Virus genome (UHGV): UHGV-0064883
Strand: one strand, 5' to 3'
Origin: a virus
DNA: 64,000 nt
The notes below the pieces were generated by a model. The model ran no database searches, was not told the origin of the DNA, and saw only the letters and a program-made list of their open reading frames with translations. Of this stretch, positions 18,526 to 27,913 are shown piece by piece (the first letter of the stretch is position 1; each line of letters begins with the position of its first letter). The position numbers and the translations under genes are program-made.

Positions 18526-18729
18526 ATGGAAACAATTCACATTACGATTGACCCGGCAGGCCGCCCGACTCTGAAAGGGGAAGGATTCACCGGCACAAAA
18601 TGCAACGACCGCATGAAAGCTATCGAGGATAAGCTTGGAGCCGGAAAAGGAGCCACGCGGACCGACCACCCGGAAATGTACGCGCCGGAAGACACGACCA
18701 GCACGGAGCAGTCTATCCACATGTGGTAA
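18526..18729 (+). CDS. DUF2997-like small protein
   Basis: METIHITIDPAGRPTLKGEGFTGTKCNDRMKAIEDKLG matches, from memory, the DUF2997 pattern (I-x-IDPDG-x-V...G-x-G-x-x-C...LE-x-LG). Confidence 0.5.
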   Translation: METIHITIDPAGRPTLKGEGFTGTKCNDRMKAIEDKLGAGKGATRTDHPEMYAPEDTTSTEQSIHMW

Positions 18730-18751
18730 AAAATCAGCCCCTCTTATTATT

Positions 18752-19072
18752 ATGAGCCAGCAAATTACTATCTATCCGGACGGCGGCATGGAATCGCTCA
18801 GGGTATCTTCCGGGAACGGGCTTGACCTGCGGATGTTCGGAACCGTGGAAGCCCGGCGTGTGTCTGACATTGTTTTTGACGATGCGGCGCAGAAGTGGAA
18901 AATTGACATACTTGGGCAGGGCCTGCTGACCTTTTCCGAGTGGGCCAACGTGGCGAAGAAGCCTTTACCATGCTTTGCGCGTCTGGCGGCGGACGGCGTG
19001 ATTTTACTGGCGGAATATGAACAGGCGGTTGATGTCGAAGTGCAGTACTTTAACGCCCGGAGAATCAAATGA
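18752..19072 (+). CDS. Hypothetical protein
   Basis: Internal ATG of ORF 18635-19072 (MSQQITIYPDGGME...). The Arg-rich upstream part looks like out-of-frame noise. Confidence 0.4.
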   Translation: MSQQITIYPDGGMESLRVSSGNGLDLRMFGTVEARRVSDIVFDDAAQKWKIDILGQGLLTFSEWANVAKKPLPCFARLAADGVILLAEYEQAVDVEVQYFNARRIK

Positions 19073-19156
19073 CCGAAAAAATCCCCCTGCCAGCAATAAT
19101 CGCCGGCAGGGGGATTGCAAGTTACTCTGAAAACACTATATCGTGCGCCGTGAATT

Positions 19157-20065
19157 GTGCCAAAATCTCATGTACAGTCAAGCGAAAATCAGGATTTTCA
19201 CAAAATCTGGTGCTGGTTGTACCGAACGGTCCGCCCCGCAGTGGAAGCCGAATCCGCTACATTGTTTCCCGTGCTGGAATTCGTGTTCGACCGGACGCTA
19301 GCCTGCGGAAAAACCTGGGAAGTCATCAGGCTTTTTCAATTTTCGGAAAATCTGACGTTGCACCGGAACACCATTTCCCGGAATATCAAGCGGCTGGTTG
19401 CTCTGGGGGTTATTTTTACCCGGAACCCGAAACATGGCCGAGCAATATATGCTATCAATCTAAACTGGACTGACACCGATATGATGAAAATTCCAAAGCG
19501 GGGCCGGACGGAAGCCCCTGTCATTCCTCTTTCCGAAATAGGCCGCATGGCGGCGGAAAAAGCGGCGGAAGCCAAAAAGAAAAAGCAGCGCAAACTGTCG
19601 TTTGATGCGGTTTCCAGCTTATGGGCTTCCACCGTTGTGGACCTGCTGGGAAGGGAGGCGTTTATTGCGCCGACGAAAACAAATTACATGGCGCTGTTTT
19701 CTTACGCCAAACGGTTTACCTCCGAGGGTAAAACCTTCTCCGATTTTAAGGATTTTTTAACTTGGGCGATTGGACGCTGGCAACTCATCATGCGAGATAC
19801 CTTCCGCTGGACAAAAAACACCGCTCCGAAAGTGCCGTCCATTGGCTGGCTGGTAAAATTTTCTGCTCAATTTGAAGAAGCCTATCTGCTTTATCTTAAC
19901 CCGGTCGCAGGAAAAAACCTTTCCGGCAATCCAGCCGTTAAACCGAAGAGCGCCCGACCCCGAACGGTCGAACCGAAAATGCCAAAACCTAAACCCCAGC
20001 CCCCGAAGCTTTTGAGGCCGTCAGGCGGTGGCGCCGGAATTGAAGAGCTTCCCGAATGGCGATAA
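19157..20065 (+). CDS. Winged-HTH protein, putative replication initiator / replisome organiser
   Basis: An HTH-like segment LHRNTISRNIKRLVALGVIFTRN, a Lys-rich linker and a Pro/Lys-rich C-terminus. Sits directly upstream of the helicase genes. The true start is uncertain. Confidence 0.35.
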   Translation: MPKSHVQSSENQDFHKIWCWLYRTVRPAVEAESATLFPVLEFVFDRTLACGKTWEVIRLFQFSENLTLHRNTISRNIKRLVALGVIFTRNPKHGRAIYAINLNWTDTDMMKIPKRGRTEAPVIPLSEIGRMAAEKAAEAKKKKQRKLSFDAVSSLWASTVVDLLGREAFIAPTKTNYMALFSYAKRFTSEGKTFSDFKDFLTWAIGRWQLIMRDTFRWTKNTAPKVPSIGWLVKFSAQFEEAYLLYLNPVAGKNLSGNPAVKPKSARPRTVEPKMPKPKPQPPKLLRPSGGGAGIEELPEWR

Positions 20066-20107
20066 CCGTAACCCTAACCCTTTATCTCTCTTTTACTTTT
20101 TTCCGAC

Positions 20108-20671
20108 ATGAACAATGCGATTTCCTGTGATGAAGTGGCTGCCGCGTTGCAGCGCAACGGCATTCCGAGAATGTTCACCCGCCCCGGATATTCCGGGCTT
20201 TCCGACATTAAAGGCCGGCAGGCCGTTAATACGCGGATGCTGCTGGTTGACCGGGTGGCGGATTGTTCCCCCGCCGCCCCGTTGGTGCTAGAATTGTCCG
20301 GAGACGGAAAAACCTCAATAGAGGTATTTTATGGGGCAATCCGGGTGTTGGTCCTCCGATATAGGTTTTCGGTGCTGGTGACTCACCTGGCAGACCTGTT
20401 GCCCCGGATTGATTCCTGTTTCGATTTTTTGAAGACTACCCAGCACCATGTGCTTGCTCTGTCCTCAATGGTGGAGGATGACCGGACGGCGGGCTACCTT
20501 TCCCGGCAGGAGCTGTACCGGTGTGAGCGTTTTGTCCAGGAGTGGCTAATGGCCGGAAAGCATCTTGTTTTTACCGGGGCAAGGCCGCTGAAAGATTCGG
20601 AGATGTTCAGCCGGGGCTTTATCAATTTTTTGACCAGCCAGGATAATTACATTTTTGTTCCGGAGGATTGA
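20108..20671 (+). CDS. Hypothetical protein in helicase-loader position
   Basis: 187 aa. Ends 3 nt before the dnaB-like start. Only a weak P-loop-like segment (GDGKTS). Confidence 0.35.
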   Translation: MNNAISCDEVAAALQRNGIPRMFTRPGYSGLSDIKGRQAVNTRMLLVDRVADCSPAAPLVLELSGDGKTSIEVFYGAIRVLVLRYRFSVLVTHLADLLPRIDSCFDFLKTTQHHVLALSSMVEDDRTAGYLSRQELYRCERFVQEWLMAGKHLVFTGARPLKDSEMFSRGFINFLTSQDNYIFVPED

Positions 20672-20674
20672 CGT

Positions 20675-21946
20675 ATGGCCGTAGGCATTGATTTTTTGCG
20701 CGCCGTCTGCGCCGAACAGAACGTGTCCCTGCTCCACCAGGTGGATGCTACCTACTTTCTCGATGACGAGCGCCCTTTTTACCAGTTTGTCCGCAACCAC
20801 TACGACAACTACCACTCATTGCCGGATGCGAGGGCGCAGGCCATAGGGAGGTTTACCTTTAGCACGCCGTTGGTTAATAATGGGCAATACTGGTTTGCCA
20901 CCCTCGTCAACCGGACGAGGTATAACGCTGTGCGGCGGTATTACTCTCAATTTCAGACGGCGATAAAGACTTACGATTGGGAGCAGCTTTTAGGCATCAC
21001 TTCGGCCATACAATCGTCGGTGATGGCCGTTGGAGCAAGTCAGGGATATACCAACATGCACCAGCAGGCCCAGGCGGTGTGGGAGGATTACCAGATTGCC
21101 AGACGGTCGTCCGACATGCGGGGAATACCTACTCCGTGGGCGACGCTGAATCAGGCAACCGGAGGCTGGGCAGGCGGCGATTTGGTGGTAATTGCCGGAA
21201 GGCCCGGTATGGGTAAATCCTGGTCGCTTCTCAAATGCATGGAGGCGGCTTTCACTGCCGGGAAAAAATGCGGGTTTGTCTCAATGGAAATGTCTCCGAT
21301 TCAAATCGCCCGTCGCTGGATAGGGCTTCGCGCCGGCATCAATCCTAACTTGATTCGGCAGGGGACCATGACCACATATTCCGAGCGCAGGATGCGGGAT
21401 TTAATCGCCCGGATGGCGGACGAGGAAGCCCTTCATATTTTGTCCGGGGACATGTCAAAAACAACCGATAAAGTTGTGGGGATGATAGACCAGCTTCACC
21501 CGGACCTCATGTTTGTTGATGCGGTGTACTTGCTTTCCCCTTCCGGAATGCGGCTTGGGTATGTAAAAAGGTGGGAGGCATTGACGGAAGTTATCCGGGA
21601 ATTGAAACAGTGCGCTATTAAAAACGGGATTCCGATTGTGATTACCGTCCAGCTCAACCGCAACGTGAAAACAAACTCACGCCGGGAACTGGATTCCGGG
21701 GATATTTCCGGCTCTGATTCTATCCCTCAAGATGCGTCCATTTTGCTTGGCCAACGACATGGGCCGGGGCCTTTCGGCTACCGCTACCGCTACTACGATT
21801 TTATGAAAAACCGTGACGGCGAAACCCCTGATTTCATGACGAATTTTGTTTTCGACCCGCCTAATTTTGATGAGGTTCCCATACCGGATGATGACGCTTC
21901 CGGGGAACCGGTAGAACCTGATGCTTCCACCGGATATACTTATTGA
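20675..21946 (+). CDS. Replicative DNA helicase, DnaB family
   Basis: Walker A VVIAGRPGMGKSWSLL, Walker B LMFVDAVYLLSP and a RecA-like C-terminal domain organisation. GGAGG ribosome-binding site 8 nt upstream. Confidence 0.8.
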   Translation: MAVGIDFLRAVCAEQNVSLLHQVDATYFLDDERPFYQFVRNHYDNYHSLPDARAQAIGRFTFSTPLVNNGQYWFATLVNRTRYNAVRRYYSQFQTAIKTYDWEQLLGITSAIQSSVMAVGASQGYTNMHQQAQAVWEDYQIARRSSDMRGIPTPWATLNQATGGWAGGDLVVIAGRPGMGKSWSLLKCMEAAFTAGKKCGFVSMEMSPIQIARRWIGLRAGINPNLIRQGTMTTYSERRMRDLIARMADEEALHILSGDMSKTTDKVVGMIDQLHPDLMFVDAVYLLSPSGMRLGYVKRWEALTEVIRELKQCAIKNGIPIVITVQLNRNVKTNSRRELDSGDISGSDSIPQDASILLGQRHGPGPFGYRYRYYDFMKNRDGETPDFMTNFVFDPPNFDEVPIPDDDASGEPVEPDASTGYTY

Positions 21947-21974
21947 TTTCAACCCTCCATTTTACGTTCCCACG

Positions 21975-24803
21975 ATGAAAAAAACCAATACCGCTAATTT
22001 AAACCTGCTGCTTCAAAATGACCGTAAAACGGTCAAGCCCCCGATTCTGGTAGTGTGCGAGCCTCCCGGAGAGCAGACTTTTTCGCAGGGCGGCGTTATG
22101 TCCCAATTTCACTTGAGCCGGTTTAATCGGATGTGCAATAATTGCGGCATTCCGCTTTCCATGCTGGAATTCATCACCCCATGCCCCCCGGTCCCGGAAG
22201 CCATTACCAAGCGGGAAAAAAAGGTGCTTGAATATTTGAGTCAGTATCGGAATGAATTCATTACGGCTTTAAACCGGCTGCTTCCCGGAAAGCGTCTTGT
22301 GGTGTTTTTGGGCAAAAACGCGCTGAGGCAGTTCGCCGGGAAAAACGTTTCAATTAAGGAACTGCGCGGCTCGTTTGAGCGCATTGACCCTAAGCTGATG
22401 GCCGTTCCGGCATCCCTGCGTACCATAGCTATTTACGGCCCCGGACATTTTACCCGGTCACCGGAGGTGCTTCCGGTAGTGGAGGCGGACATGCGGCAGA
22501 TTGGCAACCTTATTAAAAATAACTGGGATTATTCCTGCTTTCGCTCGTCTATCGAGAGCGGGGAGTACACCTGGTGTCGGGATTTATCGCCCCTGCTGGA
22601 AAACCCTCCGAAGTTTATCGGGCTTGACACGGAAACGCGGGGCCTGGATTACGCTATGGGGCGCAAAGCCATTTTGACTGTGCAGATAACTGTCAAGGAT
22701 GGAAAAAGCCTTGTCATTCCATTGGACCCGGATTTTTACAATGACCGGGCGTTGCGTGATGAAACGGTCGATTATGGGGAGGATTTAACCGCTGATGAGG
22801 TGTCCGGAATTATTGAACAACTGAAACAGCTACTATCCAATCCGGGCATCAAGGTTTTCGGACACAATCTCAAGTTCGACTTGCACCACCTGAAAAACTA
22901 CGGGATAGAGGTCGCAAACTGGTTCGCAGATACAATGCAACTTTCTTACGTTGTCGATGACAACATGCAGGAGCGAAACCTTGATGAATGTACCCGCCGC
23001 TGGGTTAAGCCGATGGCCGGATATGCTGATGAGTTTAACAAAAAGGTGGATAAAAGCCACATGGAGACCGTGCACCACCGGGAGTTTCTACGCTACGCCG
23101 GCGGCGATACTGATGCCGTGTTCCGACTTTACCGGGAGCTGGTTATCTTGGCGAAGCAGGACCGGCGAAACTGGAATTGCTTTTTGCGGGTGCAAATGCC
23201 CGCTTTGCGGGCGTTTTTGAAGATGGAGCACGTCGGCATGAATGTGGACCAGCAGTCATTGCGGTCTCTGGGTGATGAGCTGGACGTGATGGACGCCGAA
23301 TTGGAGCAGGAACTTTCCGAAACGGTCAAGCGCGACATACCGGAGGCGGTGAAAGAATTGTTCGCGGAGGGGAAGCCGCTTGACTTTAATTCGTCTAAGT
23401 GCGTATCGCACTTGCTGTTCAGCCGTTCCGGGTATGGTCTCGCCCCAAAAGTGTTTACCCAGGGCAGTACCAAAGATGCGCCGGTTCCGTCCGTGTCTAT
23501 AAAAACGCATCTTCCTTTCTTTTCCGATTCCTGCCCGTTTGTGGCCCGATATATCAAGTACAAGCAGCTTCAAATGCTTCGGAACACTTACGTCGGCAAA
23601 CCGCGCCAGAGCAAAGAAACGCCTATCCTCCGTCTGAAAAATGGGAGCTATCCTGCGGTGTACAAAAAAGCCCTTGAAGAGATGGACGCTCAAATCATGG
23701 CTAAAGTCCCCGCATTTACCAGGACAAGGGACGCAGGCGGGGAATGTCCCCCGAACGGTCGAACCGTACTGGCCCAGGCAACAATACCCAAAGGAGTTGT
23801 GACGCTATACCGGGGCGGGCAGGCCACAATCACCACCGAGCAGCCCCCGTCCGGATTCTGGCAAAACATTTGCGCTGACGGGTCAATCCACGCCACCTTC
23901 CGGCTGGACAAGACCGTCACCGGACGCTCGTCCTGCCAAAACCCGAATTTGCAGAACATTCCCAAGCGGGGCCGGTTGGCGAAAATGTTCCGCCGGGTAT
24001 TCACCGCCAGGCCGGGGAAAGTTATCATTGAATGCGACCTTTCCCAGGCTGAGCTGCGTATCGCGGCCTGGATGGCCAATGAGCGGCATATGATTGAGCT
24101 TTATCGGAATGGTGTGGACATCCACGCGGCTACAGCCGCCAAGGCGGCACAAATGACGTTGGAGCAGTTTCAGGCCCTTCCGCATGACCAGTACAAAAAA
24201 CTCCGGCAAAACGGGAAGCCCGTCAATTTTGGATTTTTGTACGGAATGGGGTGGGATAAATTCATGCGGTTCGCCCGGACGGACTACGGCGTGACGTTCA
24301 CGCCGGAAGAGGCGCAGAATATGCGGAAACACTTTTTTGAGGCGTATCCGGCGTTGCAGGTGTGGCATAAAAACATGCGGGCATTCGTCCGCAAACATGG
24401 GTATGTGCGTGCCCTCCACGGAAGCTTGCGGCGTCTTCCGGGGATTTACTCAACCGATGAGGCGGTCGTCGCTGAATGTGAGCGGCAGGCCATTAACTCC
24501 CCGGTTCAAAAATTCGCGTCGGACATAGGGCTGATGGCCTTAGCTGAATTTTCCAAGCACGATACCCCGGATTATTACGGGATTTCTTTTATTCACGACG
24601 CAAACTACATTGAGGTCAACGCCGAGGCGGCGTATGAGGTCACTGGGTGGCTGAAATGGCAAATGCAAAATATTCCGTTTTATGACTGGTTTGGCTTAGA
24701 ACCTCCGCTTCCTATTATCGCCGATGCCGCAGTCGGTCCAAGTTTAGACAAGACGGAAGAGCAGGAAAATCAGGAAGTTATTGTGCCGCCGTGGGCAAAA
24801 TAG
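21975..24803 (+). CDS. Family A DNA polymerase (Pol I-like) with 3'-5' exonuclease and an N-terminal UDG-fold (family 4-like) domain
   Basis: Exo I GLDTETRGLD. Polymerase motif A DLSQAELRIAAW, motif B KPVNFGFLYGMG and motif C ISFIHDANYIE. The N-terminal 190 aa align to the UDG family-4 fold (LVVCEPPGEQ vs GEGPG; IYGPGHF vs HPS), but the catalytic residues are substituted. Confidence 0.85.
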   Translation: MKKTNTANLNLLLQNDRKTVKPPILVVCEPPGEQTFSQGGVMSQFHLSRFNRMCNNCGIPLSMLEFITPCPPVPEAITKREKKVLEYLSQYRNEFITALNRLLPGKRLVVFLGKNALRQFAGKNVSIKELRGSFERIDPKLMAVPASLRTIAIYGPGHFTRSPEVLPVVEADMRQIGNLIKNNWDYSCFRSSIESGEYTWCRDLSPLLENPPKFIGLDTETRGLDYAMGRKAILTVQITVKDGKSLVIPLDPDFYNDRALRDETVDYGEDLTADEVSGIIEQLKQLLSNPGIKVFGHNLKFDLHHLKNYGIEVANWFADTMQLSYVVDDNMQERNLDECTRRWVKPMAGYADEFNKKVDKSHMETVHHREFLRYAGGDTDAVFRLYRELVILAKQDRRNWNCFLRVQMPALRAFLKMEHVGMNVDQQSLRSLGDELDVMDAELEQELSETVKRDIPEAVKELFAEGKPLDFNSSKCVSHLLFSRSGYGLAPKVFTQGSTKDAPVPSVSIKTHLPFFSDSCPFVARYIKYKQLQMLRNTYVGKPRQSKETPILRLKNGSYPAVYKKALEEMDAQIMAKVPAFTRTRDAGGECPPNGRTVLAQATIPKGVVTLYRGGQATITTEQPPSGFWQNICADGSIHATFRLDKTVTGRSSCQNPNLQNIPKRGRLAKMFRRVFTARPGKVIIECDLSQAELRIAAWMANERHMIELYRNGVDIHAATAAKAAQMTLEQFQALPHDQYKKLRQNGKPVNFGFLYGMGWDKFMRFARTDYGVTFTPEEAQNMRKHFFEAYPALQVWHKNMRAFVRKHGYVRALHGSLRRLPGIYSTDEAVVAECERQAINSPVQKFASDIGLMALAEFSKHDTPDYYGISFIHDANYIEVNAEAAYEVTGWLKWQMQNIPFYDWFGLEPPLPIIADAAVGPSLDKTEEQENQEVIVPPWAK

Positions 24804-24823
24804 CTGGTATTCTCTTCCTGTGA

Positions 24824-24946
24824 ATTTGCAATGATTGCAAATTTTTTTCGTGAATTGAATACTTTTATCTTGCAATTTTCATTTTTTAGTGTTATAACAA
24901 ACCCATCAAAGGGCGAAAGCCCTGAATCAATAAAAACATCACCAAT
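24824..24946 (+). promoter_or_regulatory. Palindrome (copy 6, ATTTGCAATGATTGCAAAT) plus promoter/leader cassette
   Basis: Palindrome followed by TTGCAA-17nt-TATAAC and a leader containing the hairpin GGGC-GAAA-GCCC, then an A-rich stretch to the ATG. Confidence 0.5.
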
Positions 24947-26215
24947 ATGAGCAAGACCGAAATTGATATTACCAAGCCGCTTAATCTGGCTGACCGCCAA
25001 GAACTCCGTTTTATCGGATATGCCACGCAGAATAACGACCCGAAGCTGTCTCCGGGGGATGTCATCTATTTTCTGAAACAGGCGCGGGACGATAAAAACA
25101 TCCCTGTTTATGACGTTGCCACTACCAAAAAGGGCAAGGTAGCCGTGGAAAGTCTTTACGCTGACGAATTTGAAGTTGTGGATGCGGATTCCGCGCCGGA
25201 AGTCGCCCCGGTTGCGGCCCCTGCCAAAAAGAAAAAGACGGAACTCAAGAAGGTGGAGGAACCCGGCGAAGAGCAGCCCGCCCCCAAGGCTAAGAAGGCC
25301 AAAGCCGTCAAAGCGGAAGCTGCCCCTGCCAAGAAGACCAAGAAGGAAAAAGTGAAGGCCGAAGCCCCCGTGGAAGTGCAGGAGCCGCAGGAAGTCCAGG
25401 AACCTGCAGCTGAGGTTGAATCCGTTCCCGCCGTCCAGCCCGAAGCCGTCAAGGAGGTTGAAGACATCAAGCCCGCCTCCACTCCGGAATTGGGAATGGA
25501 TGCCGTAACCCTTAACTTGATTCAGGAACACGGCGGGAATGCCTGTGCCGCCGCCCTTGCCATTGCCAAGGATTCTGAGGCTAAGCGATTCCTTCTTGGC
25601 GGCGTGCTGCTGTACATTCAAAAAACAAAAGTTTATGAAGAAGAAAAGGATTCTGCCGGAGTTCCACGCTTCACCGGGCAAAAGGGCTTTGCCATGTTTT
25701 GCGAGCAATACATCGGGCTTTCCTACTCTTCCGCAAAATTGTACCAGCGCATCTATGCTAATTTTACCAGCATGGGCCTCGGTGTTGAGGATTTTCGGAG
25801 AGTGGGTACGGCTAAGGCCCGTGAAATTGTGCAAATGATTGAGCTGGATTTTTCCAAGGCTGATGTCGAAGAGGCTATTCATATCGGCGAAACGAAAACG
25901 CACGAAGAACTGCACTCCCATGTGAGCTCGAAAATGCAGGATGCTGAAATTGAGGGGCATGGACTGCGTGATAAAGTCAAATGCACGCTCTACAAATTCG
26001 AGGTGTTTGCCGACCAGGAAGACATCATCAACGCCGCCATCCGGCTGGCAATGGACAACGGGGACATCAAGGACACCGATCAGAACGCCCTTGGACGCGC
26101 GTTTGTTTCCATTTGCTCCGACTATTTGCAGGCATATAGCAAAGTGGCGCAGCCGACGGTGGACGAAACTGAAGAATTTCAGGAATCTGTAGCCCAGGAA
26201 TCCGTCAATGCCTGA
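24947..26215 (+). CDS. Hypothetical protein with histone-H1-like Lys/Ala/Pro-rich linker (putative DNA-binding)
   Basis: 422 aa. A KKAKAVKAEAAPAKKTKKEK region lies between the N- and C-terminal domains. Confidence 0.45.
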   Translation: MSKTEIDITKPLNLADRQELRFIGYATQNNDPKLSPGDVIYFLKQARDDKNIPVYDVATTKKGKVAVESLYADEFEVVDADSAPEVAPVAAPAKKKKTELKKVEEPGEEQPAPKAKKAKAVKAEAAPAKKTKKEKVKAEAPVEVQEPQEVQEPAAEVESVPAVQPEAVKEVEDIKPASTPELGMDAVTLNLIQEHGGNACAAALAIAKDSEAKRFLLGGVLLYIQKTKVYEEEKDSAGVPRFTGQKGFAMFCEQYIGLSYSSAKLYQRIYANFTSMGLGVEDFRRVGTAKAREIVQMIELDFSKADVEEAIHIGETKTHEELHSHVSSKMQDAEIEGHGLRDKVKCTLYKFEVFADQEDIINAAIRLAMDNGDIKDTDQNALGRAFVSICSDYLQAYSKVAQPTVDETEEFQESVAQESVNA

Positions 26216-26924
26216 CATTTCCAGATTTCGGTCTGAACTGGCTCGTTTCTTTTCGGAGGACGGGCCAGGCTCCCAGCCTACCTTCCCTGATGCCTGCGAG
26301 GGCGACTTGTGCCTATGGACGGACGGGTCAGCTCTTGGAGACGCAAGGCAACTGGGAACTGGCGGAGGTTCCGCTTTTGCAGTGACAATAGTAGCCGGAG
26401 GCGTGGAGCATTATGTAGCCTCCTACGCGGAGCGCCTGGAGCCACAATCGGATTCCGATTGCGGGGTGACGGTAAACTACGCGGAAATCAAGGCTATCCA
26501 TAACGGGCTTTCCTACCTCCAAAAATTGGACGGGGCCGAGGACAAGACCATCCATGTGTTTTCCGATTCCGCTTACGCCGTTTCCGTCCTGTCCAAATGG
26601 GTCCATCGCTGGGAACGGTCGGAGCGTACTTTGGAATCCGTAGCAAAATCCGGCTGGTTGTGCGCCGACGGGTGGCCTGTGGCTAACGCCCGGCTGATAA
26701 AAGATACGCACCGGCTGAGAGTGGAATTTTTCCGGGTTGTGTATCATAAGATCGCCGGGCATTCTGGGTACTTTTTTAACGAGCATGCCGACCATCTGGC
26801 ATCCATCGCCAGAAACGGTCAGCTTTCTGACGCGCTGGTTGCGGATTATAATTGGCAGGGCCAGCGAATAAAATCGGTGCGCTTTGATTACGCAACCGGA
26901 AAAGTGGTGCTGGAAGAGTATTAG
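26208..26924 (+). CDS. Ribonuclease H (RNase HI-like)
   Basis: LWTDGSA (catalytic D), AEIKAIHNGL (E), HVFSDSAY (D) and HKIAGHSG...NEHADHLA (H/D) motifs. Confidence 0.8.
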   Translation: MPDISRFRSELARFFSEDGPGSQPTFPDACEGDLCLWTDGSALGDARQLGTGGGSAFAVTIVAGGVEHYVASYAERLEPQSDSDCGVTVNYAEIKAIHNGLSYLQKLDGAEDKTIHVFSDSAYAVSVLSKWVHRWERSERTLESVAKSGWLCADGWPVANARLIKDTHRLRVEFFRVVYHKIAGHSGYFFNEHADHLASIARNGQLSDALVADYNWQGQRIKSVRFDYATGKVVLEEY

Positions 26925-26932
26925 CGTTTTCA

Positions 26933-27075
26933 ATTTGCAACGATTGCAAATTTTTTTCTCAAAAAGATTCTTTTTTCTCTTGCAATTCATCAAAAATAAT
27001 GCTAACTTATATTCATCAAAGGGAGGGAATCCCTAAGAGAAAAAACCTAAAAACCGAATTAGAAAGACCAAAACA
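26933..27075 (+). promoter_or_regulatory. Palindrome (copy 7, ATTTGCAACGATTGCAAAT) plus conserved promoter/leader cassette
   Basis: T-run, then TTGCAA-17nt-TAACTT, then CATTCATCAAAGGGAGGGAATCCCT with the hairpin AGGGA/TCCCT, then an A-rich leader to the ATG. Confidence 0.55.
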
Positions 27076-27405
27076 ATGATTATCTCCATGAACCCTTACG
27101 ATAACTGGAAGATTGAAGTTAGCGAATTTTCCCATCTCAATCTGGGCATCGAAGGTGATTCCACAACGCTTGAAGATGAATCCGATGTTGCCTGGCTTCA
27201 AAATAAAATAGAATCCCGGCTGGAAACGTTGGGAGACCAGATTGACGCGAACCCCGGAGATAAAACTCTGGAAGGCGACATGGAAGAGTTGGAAGAAGCG
27301 CTGGAAGACCTTGCTGCCGCCCGCGAAGAGCAGGAAGCCTACGAAATTAGGGAAGCCGAAGAATTTCTTCAGGAACGATATGAAGAATGCTGCTACGCTT
27401 ATTGA
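27076..27405 (+). CDS. Highly acidic small protein (candidate DNA-mimic or anti-restriction protein)
   Basis: 109 aa, about one third Asp/Glu (EELEEALEDLAAAREEQEAYEIREAEEF). First gene behind a cassette promoter. Confidence 0.4.
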   Translation: MIISMNPYDNWKIEVSEFSHLNLGIEGDSTTLEDESDVAWLQNKIESRLETLGDQIDANPGDKTLEGDMEELEEALEDLAAAREEQEAYEIREAEEFLQERYEECCYAY

Positions 27406-27443
27406 TTAAATCTTATTTAACTCATTAAAAAACCTACTAAAAA

Positions 27444-27893
27444 ATGAAAAAGAACACATACGTAAGAACACGCCGTCAGGAGCCGCTGAATTCCGAAGTG
27501 AAGCAGCCGACCTCCAAGGAACTGGAAGACATCGCTACGCTGGCCCGACAGTTTTATCAGCAGAACAAGATTAAAAATGCTGCTTCGACCAAGGAGCGTT
27601 CCATACGGTCCCGGCTGCTTTCCCTGTGCGTGGAAGCCGGGGTGAAGTCCCAGGAAGTGGACTGCATCACCGAAGATGGAACCAAGCTCGTGCTGTCTGT
27701 CACTGTGGCCCCAGGGCAGAAAAGCGTTATTGACCTGGACACGCTGAAACGGCTCATTCCTGCAGAACTGTACGAAAAATGCCTGTCCGCCACCCAGTCG
27801 AAAGTGGAGGAAGTGGCCGGAAAGAGCATTGCACTGGCCGCGAGGCGCGTAGTGTCCACGGAAATGAACGTGTCCGTGTCCACGAAAAAGTAA
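27444..27893 (+). CDS. Hypothetical protein
   Basis: 149-aa ORF behind an A-rich leader. Confidence 0.45.
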   Translation: MKKNTYVRTRRQEPLNSEVKQPTSKELEDIATLARQFYQQNKIKNAASTKERSIRSRLLSLCVEAGVKSQEVDCITEDGTKLVLSVTVAPGQKSVIDLDTLKRLIPAELYEKCLSATQSKVEEVAGKSIALAARRVVSTEMNVSVSTKK

Positions 27894-27913
27894 CTTTGGT
27901 TGGGCAAAAGGGC

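Noticed and set aside
19069-19473. 134-aa ORF overlapping the start of the wHTH gene
   Set aside because: Low-complexity Arg/Ser/Gly composition with no start context. It overlaps the better-supported 19157 frame.
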